Origin: Candidatus Levyibacteriota bacterium
GTDB lineage: Bacteria > Patescibacteriota > Microgenomatia > Levybacterales > UBA12049
Assembly (NCBI GenBank): GCA_003152105.1
Contig: PLZJ01000002.1
Coordinates: 469,682 to 533,681 of the forward strand
Direction of reading: 5' to 3'
Length of the DNA: 64,000 nucleotides
Under the pieces are notes generated by a model that worked only from the letters and a program-made list of their open reading frames with translations, was not told the DNA's origin and ran no database searches. Positions 1 through 9,577 of this stretch are shown here, piece by piece. The number at the start of each line of letters is the position of its first letter. Positions within the stretch are counted from its first letter, which is position 1. The position numbers were made by a program, and so were the translations under genes.

Positions 1-245
1 TTCTAATGCAAATCGATTCCATGTGTGCAATAACTATTTTAAGCACCGGTACAACGAATCAGTGGTCTTGGGCTAGCAATGAAGATGGAATAAGTAACAA
101 TAAAATCGTGCTTTATTTATCTTCTGGAGTGCACGAATTAACGCTTGCAAGTGGAGATACAAATGTAAGTATAGATGCATTATTATTTACACAGGACAAT
201 AAATGTCGTCCAATTGGGCTTGGTGGTAACTGCACTCCACAATAA
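1..245 (+). CDS. C-terminal fragment of a protein whose start lies upstream of the window (ORF open to position 1); unknown function
   Basis: ORF in frame from window edge, stop at 243-245; no recognisable motif. Confidence 0.3.
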   Translation, partial: LMQIDSMCAITILSTGTTNQWSWASNEDGISNNKIVLYLSSGVHELTLASGDTNVSIDALLFTQDNKCRPIGLGGNCTPQ

Positions 246-263
246 GTGCTATTCATAGATAAC

Positions 264-292
264 TTGCAAATCACACCATTTAGTTGTATAAT
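264..292 (+). promoter_or_regulatory. sigma70-like promoter TTGCAA-17-TGTATAAT (extended -10) upstream of marR-like gene
   Basis: TTGCAA at 264-269, 17-nt spacer, TATAAT at 287-292 preceded by TG. Confidence 0.45.
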
Positions 293-296
293 CAAA

Positions 297-315
297 TAGT
301 TAGATAGTCTAACTA
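297..315 (+). promoter_or_regulatory. Perfect 8-3-8 palindrome TAGTTAGA-TAG-TCTAACTA, candidate MarR operator
   Basis: Perfect inverted repeat between -10 box and start codon (321) of MarR-family gene. Confidence 0.45.
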
Positions 316-320
316 AATAT

Positions 321-770
321 ATGGCAAGCACAATTAACGAAACTCTCATTGATCAATTTTACTCTATATCTTCTTTAATTAAGCACAAGTCTTTGTTTTC
401 TCAAGCAGCGATGGAGTTAACATTACAGCAAATTCATGCTCTCTCTTTTATTCAAAAAAATAAAAGCGTAGCAATGCATCAAATAGCTGATTATTTCCAG
501 ATTACATTGCCTACTGCAACAATACTAGTTGATAAATTAATCGCACAAAAGTTGGTTACAAGAGTACATGATACGTCTGATAGACGTATAGTACGCATAG
601 CACTTTCTTCACACGGAGTGACATTACTGGAAAAGGCGAAAAAAATTAGGAATAAAAAAGTTAATCTTCTTTTATCTCATCTTTCGCTTTCAGAAAAAAA
701 AACCTTGCTAACTATATTTAAAATATTGCACAATAGAATGGAGGTAGAAATTGAAACAAAACAGTCATAA
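321..770 (+). CDS. MarR family transcriptional regulator
   Basis: Winged-helix MarR-like region (LTLQQIHALSFI...IADYFQITLPTATILVDKLI..RV.DTSDRR); first gene of efflux operon. Confidence 0.8.
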   Translation: MASTINETLIDQFYSISSLIKHKSLFSQAAMELTLQQIHALSFIQKNKSVAMHQIADYFQITLPTATILVDKLIAQKLVTRVHDTSDRRIVRIALSSHGVTLLEKAKKIRNKKVNLLLSHLSLSEKKTLLTIFKILHNRMEVEIETKQS

Positions 771-1863
771 AATTTTAAAGCCTATTTTTATTGGGATGCT
801 ACTTGGAATAGCACTACTACTTATAGGTAGTTTTTATTTTAGTACAAGCGATAAAATTGCCACATCAAGTGTTTCTTCACATATTGTTTCGAGCGTAATA
901 TCTGCAGATGGCCAAGTACAGTCTTCAAACGAAGCAATGTTGCACTTCCAAACTGGTGGGAAGCTTATTTATTTACCTTTAAAAGAAGGAGATAAGGTAT
1001 ACACAGGTGAAACAATAGGGCAACTTGATTCAACAGCTTTGCAGGATGAGCTTACGCAGGCAGTTAATACATATAAAACTAATCAAATTGCATTTCAACA
1101 AACCCTTCAAAATCAAAATGCTGGAGTTTTGTATGGACAAACACGTACTGGACTTGATACGACAACTGGACATAATGTTTCTTATTCGAATACGACCGAA
1201 GAGACAGTTATCTATAGTGAGGTTAATAACGCAATCCAACAAGGACAATTAAATTTGCAGAGTCAATCATTAAACGTAGATTTAGCAAAATATGCCTTAT
1301 CTCTTGCATCATTAACTAGTCCAATAAATGGTATTGTCTTGCATGAAGATGTAACTATTCCTGGTGTTAATGTTACACCATCAACAACCTTTACTGTCAT
1401 TGATCCTAGTGCTCTAATTTTTAAAGCAAATGTATCACAAAACGATATAGATTTTGTGAGCGTCGGAGCTTCAGCAACTGTAAGTATTGGGGAAGGGACA
1501 AAGCAAACAATTTCAGGTACTGTTACAAAAATTTATCCTGAACTCGTCACGCTTTCAGACGGCGAGCAAGTATATCAAGTCGATATAACAAGTAATGATC
1601 TTTCACAAATTGCAAGCTATGGACAAGCGGGGAATGCAGAGATAGCAAGTAGTGCTCAAGGAAACGTATTGCTTGTTCCCTATTGGACTATTATTTCTCA
1701 TGATTATATTTGGGTAAGTGATAATGGAAAAGCAGTGCTTAAGCAAGTTGTAGTTGGGAAAGTGCATGGGGATAAAATTGAAATACTCTCTGGCTTGCTT
1801 CCTACCGATAAAATCATAGTAGATCCAAAAACACTCGCAAAATTATCATATAGAATGCTATGA
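751..1863 (+). CDS. HlyD-family membrane fusion protein (efflux adaptor subunit)
   Basis: N-terminal TM anchor, long Q/N-rich coiled-coil region, beta-barrel C-terminus; operon context with MFS pumps. Confidence 0.65.
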   Translation: MKQNSHKILKPIFIGMLLGIALLLIGSFYFSTSDKIATSSVSSHIVSSVISADGQVQSSNEAMLHFQTGGKLIYLPLKEGDKVYTGETIGQLDSTALQDELTQAVNTYKTNQIAFQQTLQNQNAGVLYGQTRTGLDTTTGHNVSYSNTTEETVIYSEVNNAIQQGQLNLQSQSLNVDLAKYALSLASLTSPINGIVLHEDVTIPGVNVTPSTTFTVIDPSALIFKANVSQNDIDFVSVGASATVSIGEGTKQTISGTVTKIYPELVTLSDGEQVYQVDITSNDLSQIASYGQAGNAEIASSAQGNVLLVPYWTIISHDYIWVSDNGKAVLKQVVVGKVHGDKIEILSGLLPTDKIIVDPKTLAKLSYRML

Positions 1864-2498
1864 AAAAATTATTTTCAAAATTAAAAGATCCTAAAGTATA
1901 TTCAGTTGTTATTATTGTCTTTACTGCAGTTGTAATAATTATTCTTGCGTTATTCCTAGAAACCAGAGACGGGAGAGTATTTATCGATAACTCACTAATA
2001 GCTGCTCCAATTGCAACCATATCTCCAGATACTTCTGGCAAGCTTATTGAAATGGATGCATATGAAGGGGAAATGGTAAAAAAAGGAGATCCACTTGGTG
2101 TTGTTGGTACTGAAATAATAAGAGCAAATTCTGACGGTGAAGTGGTTGTGCAGCAAAATCAAATTGGCGGTATTGTTACACCGCAAACACCTCTTGTGCA
2201 AATCATAGATCCAACAATGCTTAGAGTATCTGGAACAATTGACGAGAATAAAGGTTTATCAGATATTAAAATTGGACAAGTTGCATCTTTTACTGTAGAT
2301 GCGCTTCCTGGTAAGACATTTTGGGGATATGTTGATGAGATTTCTCCAACTGCAAAACAAACTGCGCTTTCGTTTACCATTTCAACTGAAAGACCAGTAC
2401 AGCAGTTTTTAGTGTACGTAAAATTTGATGCGAATACGTATCCACAAATTAAAAATGGAATGTCTGCAAAACTAACTGTCTACACAAAAACCCATTAA
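1860..2498 (+). CDS. HlyD-family secretion/adaptor protein (biotin-lipoyl-like + beta-barrel)
   Basis: N-terminal TM, lipoyl-like hairpin (GEMVKKGDPLGVV), C-terminal HlyD_3-like barrel; 4-nt overlap with upstream gene. Confidence 0.6.
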   Translation: MKKLFSKLKDPKVYSVVIIVFTAVVIIILALFLETRDGRVFIDNSLIAAPIATISPDTSGKLIEMDAYEGEMVKKGDPLGVVGTEIIRANSDGEVVVQQNQIGGIVTPQTPLVQIIDPTMLRVSGTIDENKGLSDIKIGQVASFTVDALPGKTFWGYVDEISPTAKQTALSFTISTERPVQQFLVYVKFDANTYPQIKNGMSAKLTVYTKTH

Positions 2499-2501
2499 GT
2501 T

Positions 2502-4019
2502 ATGCCAAAAGGTAATAAAGCTGCGCAGGAAAATACTGGTATTTCCAGAAATCAGTGGATGATTCTATTAACACTTATGATTTCCTCATTTCTTGGAAGA
2601 CTAGATGGTTCTATTGTTAATCTTGCGTTGCCAAAAATTATTGAAACCTTTAGCATTAATGTTTCTCAAGCAAGTTGGATTGCGACTGCATATATAATTG
2701 CAAATGCAATTTTTGTTCCTGTTTTCGGAAAACTTGGCGACATGATAGGGAGAAAACCACTTTATTTAACAGGAATTATCGGATTTACGTTAACGTCAAT
2801 GCTTGCAGGACTTTCATTTAGTTTTCCATCTCTGATAGTTTTTCGAATTCTTCAAGCAATAACTGTTTCTATTGATTATCCAATTGCGCTTTCAATTATA
2901 GCTTACACTTTTGTAGGGAGGAAAAATCAGGCTATGGCAATGGGTATTTGGTCATCGGTTTTTGCCGCAGGTATTATTTTTGGTCCACTTATCGGAGGGC
3001 CGCTTATTGATAATTTTGGTTGGCGTTCAGTATTTTATGTGAATGTACCACTTGGAATACTGGGGACATTTATGGCGCTTCGATTTATTCAAGAACCGGT
3101 TAAAAAATTTATTGGACTTAAACATTTTGATTTTGAAGGTGCCATATTGCTTGGTGTATTTTTAGGAACTACAGTATTGGTACTCGATCAAGGGCAAACT
3201 TGGGGATGGACGAGTAACTATAGTGTCATTTGTTATATGGTTTCGCTTCTTTCGTTTATCGCGTTTCTTATTTTTGAAATTGTCCAAACAGAACCAATTA
3301 TTGATTTAAAATTTTTCAAAAACTTAACTTTTACCGCGTCAATAGTTACCTCTTTCATATCGTTTATGGGTTTGATTGGAGGTATCTTTTTAATTCCACT
3401 TTTTACGCAAATTTATCTTGGTTATTCAGTTACAAAAGCAGGATATGTGTTTATTCCAATGGCTGTTGGAATGATGCTTTCTGCCCAATCGAGTGCAAGA
3501 CTTTCACAAAAAATACCTGGTCGTTATTTAACAGCAATAGGAATGTTTTGGGCTTCATTTATCATGTTTTTGTTTACAGGGTTGGATATTAAGTGGGGAT
3601 TTTGGCATATTTCTTTACTATTAATGCTTTTGGCAATGGGACTTGGTGCGGGACTTCCTTCATTAACACAAGCAGCGACCGGTTCAGTGCCATTAGAGGA
3701 AGTTGGTATTGCAAGCTCAATACTTGCTTTGGCAAGAAATATTTCTGGAGCATTTGGTACTGCGATATTTGCAACTATTTTAACTAACAGTGTTTATACT
3801 AATCTTGAAAATATACAACGCTACTCTCAAATTCACACGACAAATCCAACACTTTTGGCAACCGTTACAGGACTTATGGAAGCCAAAGCAAATATTGCAG
3901 CATATGATACGGTTTTTTTCTGGGGTGCTGTCGTTACATTTATAGGTGCAATTTCTGCTCTTTTTGTAATCGATAGAAGAGGAGCGCATACTCCTCGACC
4001 AATGGTAGTTGTTGAGTAG
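2502..4019 (+). CDS. MFS transporter, DHA2 (EmrB/QacA-like, 14-TMS) drug:H+ antiporter
   Basis: MFS signature motifs (GRLDGSIVNLALP, GKLGDMIGRK), ~14 hydrophobic segments, 505 aa. Confidence 0.8.
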   Translation: MPKGNKAAQENTGISRNQWMILLTLMISSFLGRLDGSIVNLALPKIIETFSINVSQASWIATAYIIANAIFVPVFGKLGDMIGRKPLYLTGIIGFTLTSMLAGLSFSFPSLIVFRILQAITVSIDYPIALSIIAYTFVGRKNQAMAMGIWSSVFAAGIIFGPLIGGPLIDNFGWRSVFYVNVPLGILGTFMALRFIQEPVKKFIGLKHFDFEGAILLGVFLGTTVLVLDQGQTWGWTSNYSVICYMVSLLSFIAFLIFEIVQTEPIIDLKFFKNLTFTASIVTSFISFMGLIGGIFLIPLFTQIYLGYSVTKAGYVFIPMAVGMMLSAQSSARLSQKIPGRYLTAIGMFWASFIMFLFTGLDIKWGFWHISLLLMLLAMGLGAGLPSLTQAATGSVPLEEVGIASSILALARNISGAFGTAIFATILTNSVYTNLENIQRYSQIHTTNPTLLATVTGLMEAKANIAAYDTVFFWGAVVTFIGAISALFVIDRRGAHTPRPMVVVE

Positions 4020-4257
4020 AAATCCCTCTTGATTTCGTATTTGGAAAGAGTATACTTGAGTTGAAGACCGGAATATGAAACACGTTTCGCTTCATCAACA
4101 CATAGAGAAAAAAGTAACTGCTCATAGTTTATTACATAAACCACATAAAAAACACGTATCTCATTTCCAAACTATCTGTGTTAAGTGTCTTCGAATGATT
4201 GGAGATGCTTGCTGCGACACATTTTGTGTTCCAAAGGAACCAAACTAAAATATACAC

Positions 4258-5775
4258 GTGGAATATACTACAAAATCACTAGAAGGAAAATTAATTTTAT
4301 TTGCAACAATCCTTGCTTCTGGTATGGCGTTTTTAGATGGGTCAGTAGTTACCATTGCAATACCATCAATTCAAGAAAAGTTTCATGCGACAATCACAGG
4401 TATTCAATGGGTTGTTAATGGATACTCATTACTTCTTTGCGCGCTCATTTTAATTAGCGGTGCACTTGGGGATAGGTTTGGCAGAAAACGAATTTTTTCT
4501 TATGGAATATTACTTTTTGTGCTAGCTTCATTTCTTTGTAGTATTTCTCAGTCCATTACTGAGCTTGGTTTATTTAGAGCATTTCAAGGTATTGGCGGAG
4601 CCATGATGGTGCCTGGAAGCTTGAGTATAATAAATAGTGCATTTGCGCAAAACGTACGTGGCCGGGCAATCGGATTATGGTCAGGATTTGCAGGAGGAGT
4701 TTCAGCACTTGGACCATTTGTTGGTGGATATTTAGTTCAATATTTTGGATGGCAATCTATTTTTTATATTAATATCCCTCTTGGAATACTAGCTTTTATA
4801 ATTGCAATAAAATGTATTCCAGAAACGAAAAATCATGAATCTACTAAGATAGATTTTATTGGGGCTTTGCTTATATTTCTCTCACTTTTAGGAATTGCAT
4901 ATGGATTAATTTCAGTTTCAGATTATGGATGGTCGAATCCATTAATTCTTGCAAGCATACTTTTTGGAGTGATCTCGTTTATACTTTTTCTCTATGTTGA
5001 AAAAAAAGTCAAACAGCCGCTTGTTCCATTCCATATCTTTAAGTCATCGCTTGTTAGTGGTGCAAATATTGCTACTTTATTTCTCTATTTTGCTCTTTCA
5101 GGCGTTATATTTTTTCTTGTTTTAAATTTTCAGCAAATACAACATTATTCGCCAATTTATTCAGGACTTGGACTGCTGCCAACAATTCTTCTCATAACTT
5201 TTTTATCTGGCCCTGGAGGAACTATTGCAGATAAATATGGACCACGATTTTCAATGATAGTTGGTCCACTTATTGTATCAATTGGTATGTTTCTTCTTAT
5301 ACTGCCATCCGATCATGCAAATTACTTTATCTCATTTATGCCAGGACTTGTATTGTTTGGTGTAGGTATGGCACTTGTGATTGCACCACTTACAAAATCT
5401 GCACTCGCTGTAAAAGAAAATTACTCAGGTGCAGCGTCAGGGGTAAATAATGCAGTAGCCAGAATTGCAGGCCTTTTAGCAGTTGCGCTCCTTGGCGCAA
5501 TTATTGTATTTTTATTTCAACAAAGCTTAACAAAGCAAATTACTAATTCTGCAATAAAAAGGTCAGATAAAACACAGATTATTTCTCAGGAAAATAAACT
5601 TGCCGGAATTGATTTGCCAAAGACATTTTCTAAATCTGAAGTTACTATAGCGCAAACAGCTATTAATTCATCGTTTATATATGGGTTTCGCGTTATTATG
5701 AGTATTAATGCGTTCTTAGCATTTTTAAGTGCTGTTGTCGCATTTTTTACTATTCGAAACAAAGTAAAAACTTAA
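4258..5775 (+). CDS. MFS transporter, DHA2 family (second paralog)
   Basis: MFS motifs (LDGSVVTIAIPSI, GALGDRFGRK), 14 TMS, 505 aa; tandem with previous MFS. Confidence 0.8.
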   Translation: MEYTTKSLEGKLILFATILASGMAFLDGSVVTIAIPSIQEKFHATITGIQWVVNGYSLLLCALILISGALGDRFGRKRIFSYGILLFVLASFLCSISQSITELGLFRAFQGIGGAMMVPGSLSIINSAFAQNVRGRAIGLWSGFAGGVSALGPFVGGYLVQYFGWQSIFYINIPLGILAFIIAIKCIPETKNHESTKIDFIGALLIFLSLLGIAYGLISVSDYGWSNPLILASILFGVISFILFLYVEKKVKQPLVPFHIFKSSLVSGANIATLFLYFALSGVIFFLVLNFQQIQHYSPIYSGLGLLPTILLITFLSGPGGTIADKYGPRFSMIVGPLIVSIGMFLLILPSDHANYFISFMPGLVLFGVGMALVIAPLTKSALAVKENYSGAASGVNNAVARIAGLLAVALLGAIIVFLFQQSLTKQITNSAIKRSDKTQIISQENKLAGIDLPKTFSKSEVTIAQTAINSSFIYGFRVIMSINAFLAFLSAVVAFFTIRNKVKT

Positions 5776-5806
5776 TATGTATATGTAATTTGTTATAATC
5801 GGATAC

Positions 5807-6217
5807 ATGTATACGGTTGCAATTTGTTGTTCCAAAAAATTTAAAAAACAGGAAAGAATTTTTGCGAGAAAGCTACGTGAATTGGGATTAAATGTATACG
5901 AAGCTCCACTTCATAATGCTGCTAAATGGGATACGCTTTCTGAATCTGATAAAGTAACGTTTGCTGCAGGTGCTACTTATAGACATTTTCATAAGATTAG
6001 CAAATCTGATGCTATATTTGTTTTAAACGAAGGCGGCTATATTGGGGTAAGTGTTAATATGGAAATAGGGTACGCAGCAGCGTTGAATAAGAAAATATTT
6101 TTCAAAGAAAATGATTCGGAATATGCACGAAAAATACTTATTGACGGATACGCAAATACTGCAAAAGTGCTAATGAAACGAATTCATTCTGTTCAGACGC
6201 CAGATATTCTTGACTAA
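5807..6217 (+). CDS. Nucleoside 2-deoxyribosyltransferase-like (Rossmann-like) small protein
   Basis: C-terminal motif NMEIGYAAALNKKIF resembles the NDT active-site GMELGYALSQGK motif; weak. Confidence 0.35.
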   Translation: MYTVAICCSKKFKKQERIFARKLRELGLNVYEAPLHNAAKWDTLSESDKVTFAAGATYRHFHKISKSDAIFVLNEGGYIGVSVNMEIGYAAALNKKIFFKENDSEYARKILIDGYANTAKVLMKRIHSVQTPDILD

Positions 6218-6225
6218 CATTCGGA

Positions 6226-6627
6226 TTATAATTTGTGTTCCAGTATCGTTTTTTTGGTAAAGTGTTCAAGTGGAAGCACAAGTGCCTCTTGTGGGGTAAT
6301 CCAAATATAATCTTCCGCTTCGTCATTTAATGTTACTTTTTCGTCGTTTGTTTTGACCAAATAGTTTAAAAATAACATATGGCTTTTTTTGTAGTAACTT
6401 CCATTATCAATATATTCATAAATTGCAAGAAATGTTGGGTCATAAACAGTAAGTCCTGTTTCTTCCATTGCTTCTCTTTTGAGAGCTTGCTCTATGGTTT
6501 CTCCAAGCTCAATGTGTCCACCGGGTACACAATACAGATTATTCATCTTATGTGTTTTGATTAAGATAATTTCTTTCTTTTTATTTTGTATAAAAAGACC
6601 TGCGATAGGTTCGGGAAAGTGAGACAT
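6226..6627 (-). CDS. NUDIX hydrolase
   Basis: Canonical Nudix box GGHIELGETIEQALKREAMEETGL. Confidence 0.8.
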   Translation of the reverse strand: MSHFPEPIAGLFIQNKKKEIILIKTHKMNNLYCVPGGHIELGETIEQALKREAMEETGLTVYDPTFLAIYEYIDNGSYYKKSHMLFLNYLVKTNDEKVTLNDEAEDYIWITPQEALVLPLEHFTKKTILEHKL

Positions 6628-6668
6628 TTTATAGATTATACCATCTATAAAAATATAGAGAAGATATA

Positions 6669-7082
6669 TTATGCGGAATGATTTGTTCTATCAAATAATT
6701 CAATGTCAGGAAGCACAGTAAGGTTGGTTCTAACTAGTGCTTTTTCAACGCCTGTTACATTTCTTTTGTCTTTTCTGTTTCCTGCTATAACCCTTAATGT
6801 TTCAGATTGCTCAACTGGTATAGGTGTTATAGCTGTTGGATTTTCAAGTGGTGTCTTATCTTTATGAAAATGTTCACGAAGTTTGAGTACTGTTAAGCCT
6901 CCAATAATAGGTGCTGCAGTTACGACCCCTGCAATAATTGCTCCTTCAAAATTACTTTGATATGCTTCAAGTGAAGTTATTGCTACGCCTACCCCTTCAA
7001 GTGCTCCTACCATTGCAGCGCTAAATCCTCTTTCAGATACAGGTGGTTTTACTGGTATGCCAACATGATTTTCATGGCTCAT
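6669..7082 (-). CDS. Hypothetical protein with glycine-zipper hydrophobic segment
   Basis: ORF only; GxxxG-rich TM-like stretch. Confidence 0.35.
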   Translation of the reverse strand: MSHENHVGIPVKPPVSERGFSAAMVGALEGVGVAITSLEAYQSNFEGAIIAGVVTAAPIIGGLTVLKLREHFHKDKTPLENPTAITPIPVEQSETLRVIAGNRKDKRNVTGVEKALVRTNLTVLPDIELFDRTNHSA

Positions 7083-7203
7083 AGTATTGTATTATAGCAC
7101 AAAATACGATAACTGGTATATTTGTAGCCACTTTATGGCTATAAAATGAATTGGATTTAAGTCTTTTGACGATCTTGGGTTGTATGTAGATCGTAAAGTT
7201 AGG

Positions 7204-7719
7204 TTAAGGCATAAAACCTAAATCTACGAGTGTTTTGTGATTCCAATGATCGGGGTCAAGGACATTTGGTCTTCTTACCATAGCAAGCCTTTTATGATTT
7301 TGATTATGAGGCATTCTGTTAATGGGCGTTACTATTACCCTTCCAGCTTCTCGAGATGCGTGAACTACTCTAACTCCACGTTCTCCAACATGGGCAACTC
7401 CAACATGAATTTTTTTCTTATCCTTTATATCTTGAGGAACAAATCCCAGGACATCACCCGTTTGGATCGGAACATGAATTGGATCAATTGTTTGAAGCAC
7501 ATCGTCAGGATCGGTAAACCATTCTTCTGAGCGATAATAGTTTGGTACTTGTGTTCCCATAGATCTAACAACCAAAGAAGTGTAAAGCTGACAATTCATA
7601 CCTGGATCATTTTCTTTGACCGGTAGTTCTTTAGCAAGCACTGAATCAACGTCCCTTCTCGTTGGGCCAAGATGAACAGCGTATGGGATGTAGGGAATAT
7701 TTTCTTTTTTCAAAGGCAA
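7204..7719 (-). CDS. NlpC/P60 (C40) family cysteine peptidase-like protein
   Basis: Cys (MNCQLY) followed by GDVLGFVP...HVGVAHVGERG..VVHAS pattern typical of NlpC/P60 Cys-His-His core. Confidence 0.5.
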   Translation of the reverse strand: MPLKKENIPYIPYAVHLGPTRRDVDSVLAKELPVKENDPGMNCQLYTSLVVRSMGTQVPNYYRSEEWFTDPDDVLQTIDPIHVPIQTGDVLGFVPQDIKDKKKIHVGVAHVGERGVRVVHASREAGRVIVTPINRMPHNQNHKRLAMVRRPNVLDPDHWNHKTLVDLGFMP

Positions 7720-7759
7720 TTTTTGGCGATTCTATTTATATCGTGTAGGAGAAAATTTG

Positions 7760-8131
7760 TCAATTATTTTTTACTTTTGCCTTTTTAATAAGCTTTTCTT
7801 TATGCTCTTCGAGTTTTGCTTCTGTTAAATTTTCTGCATTAATAATACTGTTTCTTGCATGTTTTGAGGTATGTATGAGTTCATCTAATTTTAGGTTTAT
7901 GGCTGCTGCATCTCTATTCTGTTTATGTTGTATTAAAAAAAGTAATAAAAATGTTATGACAGATACTCCTAAATTAAAAATAGACTGCCAAAGAGAAGAG
8001 TATTTAAAGATAACACCGCTTACAAACCAGCCAAATACAAGAAGAACCGCAAAAAAGAAGGCAAGTGGAGAACCTATTGCTTTAACTGTGTGTTTTGAGA
8101 AATGTCGAAATAACTCATGTAACGAAGACAT
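7760..8131 (-). CDS. Low-affinity iron permease family membrane protein (PF04120-like)
   Basis: Motif FLIQHKQNRDAAAINLKLDELI; start chosen at internal Met (ORF extends to 8197 and would overlap sodA start). Confidence 0.6.
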   Translation of the reverse strand: MSSLHELFRHFSKHTVKAIGSPLAFFFAVLLVFGWFVSGVIFKYSSLWQSIFNLGVSVITFLLLFLIQHKQNRDAAAINLKLDELIHTSKHARNSIINAENLTEAKLEEHKEKLIKKAKVKNN

Positions 8132-8165
8132 GTAAGAAATTATAACAGAAGATTTTTTTATTGAC

Positions 8166-8807
8166 ATGTATTTAGTAGCGTTGTACACTATTTTCATGTT
8201 TACCCTCCCAGAACTTCCATATGATTATGATGCATTAGCTCCTTTTATTAGCGCAGATATTCAGCACTTACATCACAGTGCACATCATGCAGCGTATGTT
8301 AAAAACTTAAATACTGCTCTTGAGAAATATCCCGAATGGAAAGATAAATCAATCGAAGAAATTATTACGTCATTAGATAAATTGCCCTCAGATATTAAAA
8401 CAACTGTACGAAATAACGGAGGAGGTCACTATAATCATTCAATGTTTTGGGAAATGATGGCACCGCATAATGGCCAGGCTCCTTCTGGTACATTACTTGA
8501 TAAAATGCAGCATAGTTTTGGGGATGTAAAAACGTTCCAAGATCAATTTAGTCAGGCTGCAGTAAAGATTTTTGGAAGTGGTTGGCAATGGCTTGTATTT
8601 GATAAAGGAGAAGTATCTATGATGAGTACTCCTAATCAAGATTCTCCTTTTAGTCAAGGTAAAATTCCGCTGCTTGGTCTTGATGTATGGGAACATGCCT
8701 ATTATCTTCAATATTATAATAAAAGACCAGATTATGTTACGGCTTGGTGGAATATTGTGAATTGGGATGATGTAGCAAAACGATTAGACAGCGCGATAAA
8801 AACATAG
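8166..8807 (+). CDS. sodA: Superoxide dismutase (Fe/Mn)
   Basis: LPELPYDYDALAPFISADIQHLHHSAHHAAYV and DVWEHAYYLQYYNKRPDYV motifs. Confidence 0.9.
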   Translation: MYLVALYTIFMFTLPELPYDYDALAPFISADIQHLHHSAHHAAYVKNLNTALEKYPEWKDKSIEEIITSLDKLPSDIKTTVRNNGGGHYNHSMFWEMMAPHNGQAPSGTLLDKMQHSFGDVKTFQDQFSQAAVKIFGSGWQWLVFDKGEVSMMSTPNQDSPFSQGKIPLLGLDVWEHAYYLQYYNKRPDYVTAWWNIVNWDDVAKRLDSAIKT

Positions 8808-8862
8808 TTTTTAAAGCCAAGAACTCTTGACAAGTTCATAAGTTATATGGGATAGTTAAATT

Positions 8863-9552
8863 ATGGATCAACCAACTGCTCAAGAATCAACCGTACAATC
8901 TCCACCAGTATCTACCCCTCCAGCTCAGCCTGTTTCCACGCCACCTGTAGAAACTCCTTCAAACAACTCCGGAAATACCAGCTTTACTACAAAGAAGGTA
9001 CATATTCCAAGAATACTTCTTGTGTTATTCGCATGTCTTATTTCTGGAGTTTTATTTGGAGTGGCTGGATATTTTCTTGGACTAGGTCAAAGACCAGTTT
9101 TAGTGCCTATTACTCATTTAAGACCTGTGGTGACTCCATCAACTATCCCATCGCCATCAATCTCTCCAACTCCAAGTTCGTCCCCAAGTTCCATAACTCC
9201 AGCTTCGACGACACCTGGTCAAAGTAAACCATTAACCGTTTCATCAGTAAGTCCAGCAAGCATAGGTCCCAATGCAGGACCTGCAAAACTAACAGTAACG
9301 GGAACTAACTTTTTAGTTGGTGCAGGTATTTCAGTTGTCGGTCCATATGATCTTGCAACAGGAAATGCTGCGTCGGGAAGCACACTCAGTACTATTGCCG
9401 TTGGAAATGTAGTTTTTAATTCGGCCACAGAACTGTCCGGAACATTACCTTCAGGGTTGGTAAGTGGCTATTATAAAATAGTAGTTACAAATCCAGATGG
9501 CACATCAGCATCATCGGGTCTTTCTCTCCTTGTTAGTGGATCTTCGCAATAA
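8863..9552 (+). CDS. Membrane-anchored surface protein: Q/P/T-rich N-terminal tail, TM, PT-rich linker, C-terminal IPT/TIG-like Ig fold
   Basis: TM HIPRILLVLFACLISGVLFGVAGYF; PS/T linker; C-terminus ..VTGTNF..YKIVVTNPDGTSA typical of IPT/TIG. Confidence 0.5.
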   Translation: MDQPTAQESTVQSPPVSTPPAQPVSTPPVETPSNNSGNTSFTTKKVHIPRILLVLFACLISGVLFGVAGYFLGLGQRPVLVPITHLRPVVTPSTIPSPSISPTPSSSPSSITPASTTPGQSKPLTVSSVSPASIGPNAGPAKLTVTGTNFLVGAGISVVGPYDLATGNAASGSTLSTIAVGNVVFNSATELSGTLPSGLVSGYYKIVVTNPDGTSASSGLSLLVSGSSQ

Positions 9553-9577
9553 TACTAATTTTTAGTATACTTAACTC

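Noticed and set aside
1025-1252. Short ORFs nested inside the HlyD gene (1025..1252 on both strands) and similar nested ORFs elsewhere (e.g. 3589..3787, 9033..9227, 18560..18844)
   Set aside because: They are internal to well-supported longer genes, in alternative frames, and have typical AT-rich spurious-ORF composition.
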